From Thermofilaceae archaeon (GTDB lineage: Archaea > Thermoproteota > Thermoprotei > Thermofilales > B69-G16), in assembly GCA_027017165.1 (NCBI GenBank), contig JALURF010000105.1, forward strand, positions 1-27,056: a stretch of DNA of 27,056 nt, in the 5' to 3' direction. Position 1 is the first letter of the stretch, and each line of letters begins with the position of its first letter. Below the pieces are notes generated by a model. It ran no database searches, was not told the origin of the DNA, and saw only the letters and a list, made by a program, of their open reading frames with translations. Of this stretch, positions 16,713-24,710 are shown piece after piece. A program made the position numbers and the translations under genes.

Positions 16713-18326
16713 ATGTTTGAGATCTTAGAAAGGGACTTAGCTGGAAGAATAGGAGTCTTAGAGACTAAACACGGTAGAATAGAGACTCCGGCTATAGCTC
16801 CAGTCATTAATCCGGCGAAGAATATACTTCCTCCATCTTCCATAATTGAGATAGGTTTCCCACTATTAATGACGAACGCGTATATAATAAAGAGGCATTA
16901 CGGAGATTTAGCTACAGAACTCGGAGTACATAAAATTCTAGGTGTTGAAAAACCGGTGATGACCGACTCGGGCGCTTATCAGTTTATGGTATATGGGAAA
17001 ATAGAGGTTACTCCTGAAGAGATTCTGGAATTTGAAAAAGCAATAGGTTCAGATATAGGAGTCATATTAGACTTACCTACGCCTCCCGGAATTTCCAGAG
17101 AAGAGGCTTTGAGAAGAGTTGAAGAAACGCTGAAGCGCGCTGAAAAAGCGGTTAGCGAAAAACCCAGCGAAATGCTTTTGGTAGGACCCGTTCAAGGAGG
17201 AATTTATATCGACTTGGTCGAGTATTCTGCGAGAAAACTTTCAACATTAAATTTCGACGTCTATGCAGTCGGGGGTTTTACACAGCTAATGGAACAGTAC
17301 ACTTTCACGAGTATGGTGGACGCTGTGGTCGCGGCTAAGCAATACTTACCGCCGAATAAGCCGTTACATCTTTTCGGGGGTGGGAACCCTGTAATGCTAC
17401 CTCTAGCTGTAGCTCTGGGAGTTGATCTTTTCGATTCTGCCTCTTACGCGCTCTACGCTAAAGATTTAAGATACATGACGAGCCACGGCGTTCTCCGCTT
17501 TGAAAGACTGAGAGAGCTCCCCTGCGAGTGCCCCGTGTGCTCTAAATATACCGTTGAAGATTTGAGAGATATTCCAAGAGAAGAGCTTGAACGTAAAATA
17601 GCACTACACAATCTCTACGTCTTGTCAAGAGAGATAAAAACCATTAAACAGGCTATTCATGAGGGCTGGCTCTGGGAGTTGCTCGAGGAAAAGGCGTCGC
17701 GACAACCTGCGCTAATGGACGCTCTTCTTCGATTGAAAAAATACCTAGATTATTTGGAGAGACATCATCCGATAACTAAACAACCTGTTCGCGGGCTAAA
17801 TTTTGCATCAATCACGTCCTTGTGGCGTCCAGAAATATATAGGCATTTAAAACGTCTATACGAACGATACATTCCTCCTGGAAACAAAGCGCTATTGCTA
17901 CTACCTGAGACCAGAGAGAAGCCCTATACGCGTTTCGGGCCAATAGCGCGTATTCATGAAGCTATAAAGGAGATGAATCATCCTTATCATCTAGTTATCT
18001 ACTCTCCTATTTTCGGAATAGTTCCGATAGAGCTGTCAGAAGTTTATCCGCTTTCCCAGTATAATGCAAGTAAATTACTCGCAAACGACCCGGAAAAAAT
18101 AGCGTTTGAGAATATTAAACGTTACCTGAAAACATATTCAAATTATTATAGCGGTATACTCCTCGTGATCGATCAAGAACTTATCAAATTCTCAAATGAT
18201 GAAATTAGCGAACTGAAATCTGAGGTAAAATCTTTAGAAGTTTTAAGCTATTCGATCTCAAATATCAAGAGTAAGGAACAAGGAATAGAATTTCTTAAGA
18301 AAATATCCGAGCTAAATGTAGATTAA
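16713..18326 (+). CDS. tgtA: Archaeosine tRNA-guanine(15) transglycosylase
   Basis: DSGAYQFM, GPVQGG, HLFG, GVDLFDSASY and CECPVC...HN zinc site. No C-terminal PUA domain is apparent. Confidence 0.95.
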   Translation: MFEILERDLAGRIGVLETKHGRIETPAIAPVINPAKNILPPSSIIEIGFPLLMTNAYIIKRHYGDLATELGVHKILGVEKPVMTDSGAYQFMVYGKIEVTPEEILEFEKAIGSDIGVILDLPTPPGISREEALRRVEETLKRAEKAVSEKPSEMLLVGPVQGGIYIDLVEYSARKLSTLNFDVYAVGGFTQLMEQYTFTSMVDAVVAAKQYLPPNKPLHLFGGGNPVMLPLAVALGVDLFDSASYALYAKDLRYMTSHGVLRFERLRELPCECPVCSKYTVEDLRDIPREELERKIALHNLYVLSREIKTIKQAIHEGWLWELLEEKASRQPALMDALLRLKKYLDYLERHHPITKQPVRGLNFASITSLWRPEIYRHLKRLYERYIPPGNKALLLLPETREKPYTRFGPIARIHEAIKEMNHPYHLVIYSPIFGIVPIELSEVYPLSQYNASKLLANDPEKIAFENIKRYLKTYSNYYSGILLVIDQELIKFSNDEISELKSEVKSLEVLSYSISNIKSKEQGIEFLKKISELNVD

Positions 18327-19049
18327 CCTGCTTTCTCTTTCTTTCATTTCCTCTAACTTCTTCTGAACCTCGCTCAGATATTTCTCTATCTCAGCCGCTT
18401 GCTCTATAAGGTCAGAGTAGTCTAACTCTAAGCCGTAGATATAAGCGAAAACTTTTGCTGCTTCCAGCGCGGCTTCAGGATCAGGGCGATCTACTCTAGC
18501 ATATGGTAGTACGGTTACGGCCGGTACGCGGTAGGCTTCAAAATAGGTTAGTAACGTGGCTAGCGGTCCCACTATGTAGAGTCCTTCATCTAGATACACC
18601 ATGTTCTCTCTTTTAGACAGCTTCTTCTTGAGATCTTCAGTCAAGTTCTCGGTATGGACGAAGCGTACTCTGTTATCTCCTTCCTTTTTCAATCGGGAGT
18701 CGAGCCCGCCCACTAGGAAAGCCTCCTTTATAACGCCTTTTTCGATAAAGTCGATTACCTTCGTCAGCACATTTTCGGAAGTTTCCGGGACTATTGGCAT
18801 ATTGCATTTTAGAAATATGAAATTATCGGAAAGATAAAACTCATAGGGAGTCAGTATATACCCTCCTTTTCTCGATACAAAAGAAGGCATCTTTTCCGTT
18901 ATTATGATGCCGATCCGTTTAGCTTTTAGTTTTTCAACTAGAAAATTTACCGTTATCCATCCTACACTACCTATACCGTGAAATCCGGCTACGAACACTT
19001 TATCCTTAAGTCCTTCAATTTCGATGTTCAAGAGCAGCTTATTCATATT
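18312..19049 (-). CDS. PAC2-family proteasome assembly chaperone
   Basis: FVAGFHGIGSVG, AFLVGGLD, IVGPLA and PDPEAA, then a C-terminal coiled coil ending in IYI. Start estimated at ATG 19049. Confidence 0.9.
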   Translation of the reverse strand, partial: NMNKLLLNIEIEGLKDKVFVAGFHGIGSVGWITVNFLVEKLKAKRIGIIITEKMPSFVSRKGGYILTPYEFYLSDNFIFLKCNMPIVPETSENVLTKVIDFIEKGVIKEAFLVGGLDSRLKKEGDNRVRFVHTENLTEDLKKKLSKRENMVYLDEGLYIVGPLATLLTYFEAYRVPAVTVLPYARVDRPDPEAALEAAKVFAYIYGLELDYSDLIEQAAEIEKYLSEVQKKLEEMKERESRLIYI

Positions 19050-19168
19050 CTTCACCGCTCTTATGGTTTTCGACTGATATATATCATTCTCTCCACTCGG
19101 CATAGGTAATTTTTTTATCTAAGAGGTGGTTAGTAGGCTCTGGAAACCGATAGTGGACGGTGAGTACT

Positions 19169-20314
19169 ATGGTTATTTTAGAGAAGATAAAACCTATGAC
19201 GGAGAAACAGAAACTTTTCATAAATGCCTTAGCGAACGAGAGAATAGACTTGATAGGCGCGTTTGGGCCCACAGGAACGGGCAAGAGCTTCATAGCCAGT
19301 ATTTTCAGCATAGACATGGTGCTTGTAGATAAATATGAAAAATTCATAGTTTCAAAACCGATAATAGATATTAAAACTGGTAAGGAGTATACGATAGCCG
19401 AGCTCGGAGAAACATACAACAAAGTCGCTCTAGACTACCTCTATGATATAACTTCGAATGTTTTATCGCGAAACGAACTTAATAAACTGATTGAAGAAGG
19501 AAGGATAATCGTAGCCGATCCCCATTTTCTGCGAGGGAGAACTTTCGATAATTCAATAGTACTTCTCGACGATGCTCAGTTAATCTCAATCGAGACGTTG
19601 ACCGAGGTATTGATACGTCTGGGTCAACACTCCAAACTCATTATAGCAGGAGATCCTATACTACAGAAAATCGATGTAACCGGTTTAAAGGACGGCGCGA
19701 CGCTCGCGAGAGAGCTCTTGATGGGGGAGGAGAAAGCCGTAGTCATAGATTTTGGCTTGAAAGATATAGTGAGGCCGGGCGCTAAGAAAGGTGTAAAACT
19801 AGCGTTAGAGCTTAGGATGAGGAGAAGGCCGCTGACCGAGGAGGAGCAGAGGATACTGGATACATCCTACATGTATGCCCCCGACGCCGACATAGTGACA
19901 GTCGCTTTTGTAAAAGATGAAAAAGAGAAATTTAAATTAGAGAATGTGCCGGATGCTTTGATAATCTCTAAGGAGGATTACTTGGGAAGGCTGGTGGGCA
20001 AGGGTGGAGAAAGAATAAAATCGATAGAAAAAGATACGGGATTAAGTTTAAGAGCAGTAGAGTTAACACTGGATTTAAAGCCTATAATTACAGCTCTACA
20101 TCCGGTTGGATGGATAGGGAAACATATAATTGATGTGGATTTCGCGGGACCAGACTTAGAGGTTGTCGTGGATCCAGCTAATTTTGGCGCTTTTCTAGGA
20201 TTAAGAGGTGCACATGTAAGGCTGATAGATAGCGTGATGAAAAAGATACTCAATGTAGGCGTACGTGCTAAACAAGCGCAAGTTAGGAAGGAGTCGAAAA
20301 AGAGGAGAAAGTAG
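19169..20314 (+). CDS. PhoH-like ATPase with C-terminal KH domains
   Basis: GPTGTGKS, FLRGRTF, LLDDAQ, RLGQHSK and AGD motifs. KH GxxG loops GRLVGKGGERIK and GAFLGLRGAHVR. Confidence 0.88.
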   Translation: MVILEKIKPMTEKQKLFINALANERIDLIGAFGPTGTGKSFIASIFSIDMVLVDKYEKFIVSKPIIDIKTGKEYTIAELGETYNKVALDYLYDITSNVLSRNELNKLIEEGRIIVADPHFLRGRTFDNSIVLLDDAQLISIETLTEVLIRLGQHSKLIIAGDPILQKIDVTGLKDGATLARELLMGEEKAVVIDFGLKDIVRPGAKKGVKLALELRMRRRPLTEEEQRILDTSYMYAPDADIVTVAFVKDEKEKFKLENVPDALIISKEDYLGRLVGKGGERIKSIEKDTGLSLRAVELTLDLKPIITALHPVGWIGKHIIDVDFAGPDLEVVVDPANFGAFLGLRGAHVRLIDSVMKKILNVGVRAKQAQVRKESKKRRK

Positions 20315-20317
20315 CGG

Positions 20318-20325
20318 TCTTTTTT
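20318..20325 (+). terminator. Oligo-T archaeal terminator after the PhoH-KH gene
   Basis: TCTTTTTT begins 4 nt after the stop codon. Confidence 0.5.
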
Positions 20326-20344
20326 GTGAGGAGTATTTATCAAC

Positions 20345-20361
20345 TAGAATAGGTTATTCTA
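20345..20361. promoter_or_regulatory. Perfect inverted repeat TAGAATA-GGT-TATTCTA upstream of topA
   Basis: Lies between a TATA-like TATTTAT (20334-20340) and the ATG at 20371. Confidence 0.45.
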
Positions 20362-20370
20362 CACAGGATC

Positions 20371-22224
20371 ATGAAGATTGACGTACTAGTGGTAGCAGAG
20401 AAACCCGGAGTCGCCAAAGCGTTTGCAGAATTTCTAAGTAACGGAAGGATTCGAGTAGAAAAGATTGGCGGAGTTCCGGTTAGGTTTTTCGAAAGAAACG
20501 GAGAAGTATGGGCGTCAATAGGTGTTAGTGGACATTTAATGGATTACGATTTTCCAGAAGAGTTCAATAGTTGGCGTAGCGTAGACCCTAGGCAACTTTT
20601 CTTCATAAAACCTAAACAAAAAATACGAAAAAGCAGCTGGAAATACGTCAAAGCACTTCAGATACTCGGGAAACAAGCTAAAGAAGTTATTCTAGCTCTA
20701 GATGCAGACGTAGAGGGCGAGAGCATAGCTTTTGAAGTGATTAAGATATTGCGCGGCGTAAACCCGGGAATTCGATTTAAACGAGCGTGGTTTAACGCTG
20801 TAACAAAGCAAGACATATTGAGAGCTGTAGAGAAGTTCAGAGAACCCGATCCTAAAATGGCGAATAAGGCTTTTGCGAGAATGCAGGTAGATTTAACTAT
20901 AGGCGCGGCTTTTACAAGAGCTCTAACCTTGCTAGTGGAAAAGAAAGCACCAAAAATTTTCCCTCGGGGGAAGTTCATAAGCTATGGTCCCTGCCAAACA
21001 CCGGTATTGTATCTCGTGGTTAAGAGAGCTTTAGAAAGGGAGAAATTTAAGAAGAAAAAGCTTTACACCTTAGAAGCCACGGCTTTAATTGAAGGTAAAA
21101 AGCTGAAATTGGCGTATGCTAAAGGTCCCTTAGAGAAGAAAGAGGAAGCTTTAAAAATACTAAAGGCAATAAGAGATGAGAAAGTCGGAGTGATAAAGCT
21201 CGCCGAGTACAGGCATAGAGAGGTTCTGCCGCCGGAACCTCTTAACACGATTGAGCTCGAGCGCAGAGCGAGCAGGTTTCTAAATATTAGATCTAAAGAG
21301 GCTCTCGATATAGCGGAGGATCTTTATCAAAACGGGTTGATTTCGTATCCGAGGACCGAAACCACGATATATCCTCCAACGATAGACGTTAATAAAATAG
21401 CTAAAGGCTTCGGCCAACACTCAGAATACGGATCTTATGTGAGGATACACCTGATACCTCGAATGCCCATTTCGCCTCGACAAGGAAATGAAGATGACAA
21501 AGCCCATCCACCAATTCACCCGGTCAAACCAGCGTCTCGTAATTTTATCGTGAAGAAATTCGGAATTAAGGCTTGGAAACTCTATGATTTAATAGTTAGG
21601 CATTTCCTAGCTACTTTAAGTCGGGAATCAGTGATTGAAAACCAGAGGATAGTAGTCGATATTGGCGGTTACGAGTTTAAAATTGATGGTCTTAAGATAG
21701 TAAGAGAGGGTTTCTATAAAATATATCCCTTCGGAAAGCCTGGAGAGCGCATATTGCCCTACGTTCTAGAAGGAGATCTAGTAGAGATAAAATCTATTAG
21801 ACTGGTAGAACGTGAAACAAAGCCACCTCCTTTCTTATCCGAAGCCGAGGTGCTTAAACTAATGAAGAAGTATGGAATCGGAACAGATGCTACAATGCAA
21901 GACCACATACACACCAATATTCAAAGGAAATATTTCACTATAAAGAACAAGAGATGTATTCCGACAAATCTAGGATTAGCGCTAGCGACGACCCTTCACT
22001 CTATAGTCCCCGAGATTGTCGAGCCTGAAGTTAGGGGGAAGATGGAGGCGGAGCTTGTGAGGATAGCAAAAGGTGAGAAACAGCCGGAAGAGGTTGTCGA
22101 ATTTATAAAAGATAATTTTCTAAAATACTACGATAAGCTGGTGTCTAATAGTCACGTATTAGCCGAGAAGCTAGTAGAGGCTCTCCGTCAAGTGTATTGG
22201 AGTAAAGAGTCTAAGAAGATCTGA
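20371..22224 (+). CDS. topA: Type IA DNA topoisomerase (archaeal TopA/Top3)
   Basis: Toprim VAEKP...DADVEGE, SYGPCQTP, catalytic GLISYPRTET, AHPPIHP and GIGTDAT motifs. No C-terminal zinc ribbons. Confidence 0.95.
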   Translation: MKIDVLVVAEKPGVAKAFAEFLSNGRIRVEKIGGVPVRFFERNGEVWASIGVSGHLMDYDFPEEFNSWRSVDPRQLFFIKPKQKIRKSSWKYVKALQILGKQAKEVILALDADVEGESIAFEVIKILRGVNPGIRFKRAWFNAVTKQDILRAVEKFREPDPKMANKAFARMQVDLTIGAAFTRALTLLVEKKAPKIFPRGKFISYGPCQTPVLYLVVKRALEREKFKKKKLYTLEATALIEGKKLKLAYAKGPLEKKEEALKILKAIRDEKVGVIKLAEYRHREVLPPEPLNTIELERRASRFLNIRSKEALDIAEDLYQNGLISYPRTETTIYPPTIDVNKIAKGFGQHSEYGSYVRIHLIPRMPISPRQGNEDDKAHPPIHPVKPASRNFIVKKFGIKAWKLYDLIVRHFLATLSRESVIENQRIVVDIGGYEFKIDGLKIVREGFYKIYPFGKPGERILPYVLEGDLVEIKSIRLVERETKPPPFLSEAEVLKLMKKYGIGTDATMQDHIHTNIQRKYFTIKNKRCIPTNLGLALATTLHSIVPEIVEPEVRGKMEAELVRIAKGEKQPEEVVEFIKDNFLKYYDKLVSNSHVLAEKLVEALRQVYWSKESKKI

Positions 22225-22813
22225 GAACTCCCATCTTTACGAGTTTCTTAAAAGTTTTCTTTAAGATTCCAAAAACTCGTCTATGCGAAATATCTTCGCT
22301 CAGCTTTTCCAAGGCGGTATCTATATCCCCAGCGTAGGCTACGGCTGTTAACACTCTGCGCTCGGTGGATGATGAATATGTCGAATAGGCAAGACCAAGC
22401 CTAGCGACCTCGGTATAAGATACTCCTTCAACCCCCTTCTCAATTTCACTTCTCTCAACCGGCTTTACATATTTCTCAATTAAACGAAAGTGTATTATAG
22501 TAACCCAATCTTCTCCGCTCAAATTTGTGTAGATGTTTTTAAGAGCATCTTTAAGCTCTTCTAAGCTGTTAAAGCCGTCACGAACGGCATCTTTTTCTGT
22601 AAGTTCAGAGAATTTAACGTACTCTGTCGATTCTATATAGAGTTCACCGTATATTTTTCCATTACACTCTAAATACACTCTAGAGTTTCTAGGAGTAACT
22701 ATCCCAAGCCTTATAGTAGACCGTTTTCTACCTGAGAGAACTGAGTTAAGGTAATCCCTTTTGAATGATAGATATTTCCCGAGCTCCCTCCTCTTTCTCA
22801 CAAACTTAATCAA
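22211..22813 (-). CDS. ASCH domain protein with a C-terminal helical extension
   Basis: SGRKRSTIR and ELTEKDAVRDGFNSLEELKDALKNIY...VTIIHF are typical ASCH motifs. About 75 extra helical residues follow. Confidence 0.85.
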   Translation of the reverse strand: MIKFVRKRRELGKYLSFKRDYLNSVLSGRKRSTIRLGIVTPRNSRVYLECNGKIYGELYIESTEYVKFSELTEKDAVRDGFNSLEELKDALKNIYTNLSGEDWVTIIHFRLIEKYVKPVERSEIEKGVEGVSYTEVARLGLAYSTYSSSTERRVLTAVAYAGDIDTALEKLSEDISHRRVFGILKKTFKKLVKMGVLRSS

Positions 22814-22887
22814 AGAAGAGCGAGATTTAACCGTTTCCTTAAGCCAGAAGTTAAAGAGGATGCGCCGGCCGGGATTCGAACCCGGGA

Positions 22888-22912
22888 TTCGCCCGGACCC
22901 TTAGAGGCCCGT
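22888..22912 (-). other. tRNA-Gly intron (46/47), 25 nt
   Basis: ACGGGCCTCTAAGGGTCCGGGCGAA. Central helix CGCT/GGCG, bulges GA^A and AA^T. Confidence 0.88.
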
Positions 22913-22925
22913 TCAGCGGCGTGGC

Positions 22926-22943
22926 GTCGGCGCCTTAGAGGCT
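22926..22943 (-). other. tRNA-Gly intron (33/34), 18 nt
   Basis: AGCCTCTAAGGCGCCGAC. Strict BHB with central helix CGGC/GCCG, bulges CT^A and AC^G, and flanking helices on both sides. Confidence 0.9.
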
Positions 22944-23002
22944 AGGCCGCCATCCTACCAGACTAGACTACCGGCGCTCCAAAATTTGTTGTTTATGAGT
23001 TG

Positions 23003-23014
23003 TATTTAAGTTTT
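23003..23014 (-). promoter_or_regulatory. BRE/TATA element of tRNA-Gly (AAAACTTAAATA)
   Basis: Identical to the tRNA-Leu element with the same 26-nt spacing. It overlaps the stop codon of the DHH gene. Confidence 0.75.
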
Positions 23015-23981
23015 AATGCATAACCCGGTCTAGCTTCTCTAGTTCTCGTCTAAGGGTGTTAATACGAGCTGTTGGAACTCTAATAGAGCAGGCCTTTGGA
23101 TGGCCGCCCCCGCTCCCCCCTAGCTTATAGGCTATTTTCATCAATAAGTTGAGCGCGTTAACATTAAGAGTTGGAGGAACTCTACATGTAGCCACGGTCT
23201 CTGTTGGACCGGAGTTAAATATCACTATAACCACTTTACCGGTTTTATTGGTATAATCTGATGCCACCTTCCCTATATATCCGCGGGCTGGGACGCCGCG
23301 GAAATCTATTAGGACAAGTCTTTCTCCGTCAAAAATTACCCTATTTTTTGCTTCTTTAATTAACTCTTGAAGTCTCTCTTTAGCTTGTCGAGCCCTTTTC
23401 TCGACTTCTTCATCGTAGAATTTCTGCTCTTTAACCCAGAGCTGTATAAGCCTTATTTTAAAATCGTCGTCATCACTATCGGCTGAAAGAGAAGAGCCCA
23501 GTATCTCCGCCAGCTTCGCGGTTTCCTCATCTTCAGCTTCTCTCACCTTATCTCCTATCTCTCCGATAAAGGCTAGTTTTGAAAAGAAGTCTGGGTTAGA
23601 GGTTTTTTCTAAATATACGTGTTTCACTATAGATGCCGCTGAGCCGTCTATGGAATAAATGAGCGAAATTCCTAACTTGCTCAATTCTTCTATTTTCTTT
23701 AGTGTGGCTCTATGATGATCTATCCATATAATGTCGGCCTTTAACCTTATCTTAGCTAAATGTCTTTTGGTTTGCTCCCAAGTGGCCGGATCTAGCCCCA
23801 CATCGATTATATACAGCTTAGAGAGATTTTCGAAAGAAGAAGCTCTGCTAAGCACGTTCGCCAGGGTAAATGGCTGAGCTATAAGCAACACGCTTTTCTC
23901 CCCTTTCTGGTTGAGTACGTCGACTAGTATTGCGGCGGCCGTTAATCCGTCCAAATCGCCATGAGTGATTATACATCTCAA
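23013..23981 (-). CDS. DHH/DHHA1-family phosphoesterase
   Basis: THGDLDG, IIDVG, WIDHH and GGGHPKA motifs. Confidence 0.9.
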   Translation of the reverse strand: MRCIITHGDLDGLTAAAILVDVLNQKGEKSVLLIAQPFTLANVLSRASSFENLSKLYIIDVGLDPATWEQTKRHLAKIRLKADIIWIDHHRATLKKIEELSKLGISLIYSIDGSAASIVKHVYLEKTSNPDFFSKLAFIGEIGDKVREAEDEETAKLAEILGSSLSADSDDDDFKIRLIQLWVKEQKFYDEEVEKRARQAKERLQELIKEAKNRVIFDGERLVLIDFRGVPARGYIGKVASDYTNKTGKVVIVIFNSGPTETVATCRVPPTLNVNALNLLMKIAYKLGGSGGGHPKACSIRVPTARINTLRRELEKLDRVMH

Positions 23982-23993
23982 GCAAATCCCCTA

Positions 23994-24626
23994 CTAGAGC
24001 GAGGCAACCAGTACTTTAAAAAGTTTTAGTGCGTCCGATAATTTCTTCACAGTTTTAAGTATGCGTGCTTCAAAGAATGGATATGTGGTCTTTACCTTAA
24101 CATCATCTTTAAAAATGGCGACAAGGCCCCTCTTTAATTTACTAGCTTCAAACGTGGTAGGAGGCATTCCTCTTATCTCCACGTCCACGACGTATTCTCC
24201 ATAAGCCTTAATTCGGAGCCTAAACATTACGTGTAGCTGAACTCCGGAATGTTGAACTAAGTTTTTTGCTATTAGAACTCCATTTTCCGTGTACGTTAAC
24301 CAATCGCTTAAGGATTTGATAACGGTCTCGGCAAGTAACGCTTCTGTGGAAAAACCCATAAGAGTATCCAATATTCTCAAGAAGTAATGAAGGGCAAGAT
24401 CATCTTTATCCCCGCATATAACATCTTTAGGCCAGAATTCGACTACTCCATTTTTATAATTCCACTCGAACACCCTATCCAGTACATCACATATTAGCTC
24501 GGCGTCTAACGGAGATAACGGTTCTATCCTGAAGTTTCTAAGGCAACACTTCTCATCGCTAACTTCGAAGTAAAATTCAAATTTCCTATCTTCCACTTGA
24601 AATACTTCAACTTCTATATTACTCAT
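23994..24626 (-). CDS. Hypothetical protein (210 aa)
   Basis: Long clean ORF ending 12 nt before the DHH gene start. No family recognised. Confidence 0.8.
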   Translation of the reverse strand: MSNIEVEVFQVEDRKFEFYFEVSDEKCCLRNFRIEPLSPLDAELICDVLDRVFEWNYKNGVVEFWPKDVICGDKDDLALHYFLRILDTLMGFSTEALLAETVIKSLSDWLTYTENGVLIAKNLVQHSGVQLHVMFRLRIKAYGEYVVDVEIRGMPPTTFEASKLKRGLVAIFKDDVKVKTTYPFFEARILKTVKKLSDALKLFKVLVASL

Positions 24627-24710
24627 AAATCTCTAACCACTAAATAGTTATTTTATTACCACAGCTTTAATATATAACTCGTAATTTACAAGACGTTAAC
24701 CTATGAAAGC

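Larger units (their letters stand above)
22861..22977 (-). tRNA. tRNA-Gly(GCC) with two non-canonical introns (33/34 and 46/47)
   Basis: GCGCCGG/CCGGCGC acceptor stem, discriminator A. Spliced anticodon arm GCGGC-CT-GCC-AC-GCCGC and variable loop TGATC. Confidence 0.93.

Noticed and set aside
15844-20343. ORFs 15844-16122, 18601-18837, 19084-19422, 19126-19332 and 19978-20343
   Set aside because: All overlap well-supported genes in other frames or strands and have no motifs.
660-22977. Integrated element using one of the tRNAs as an att site
   Set aside because: No duplicated tRNA 3' fragment, integrase or viral gene is visible in the window.
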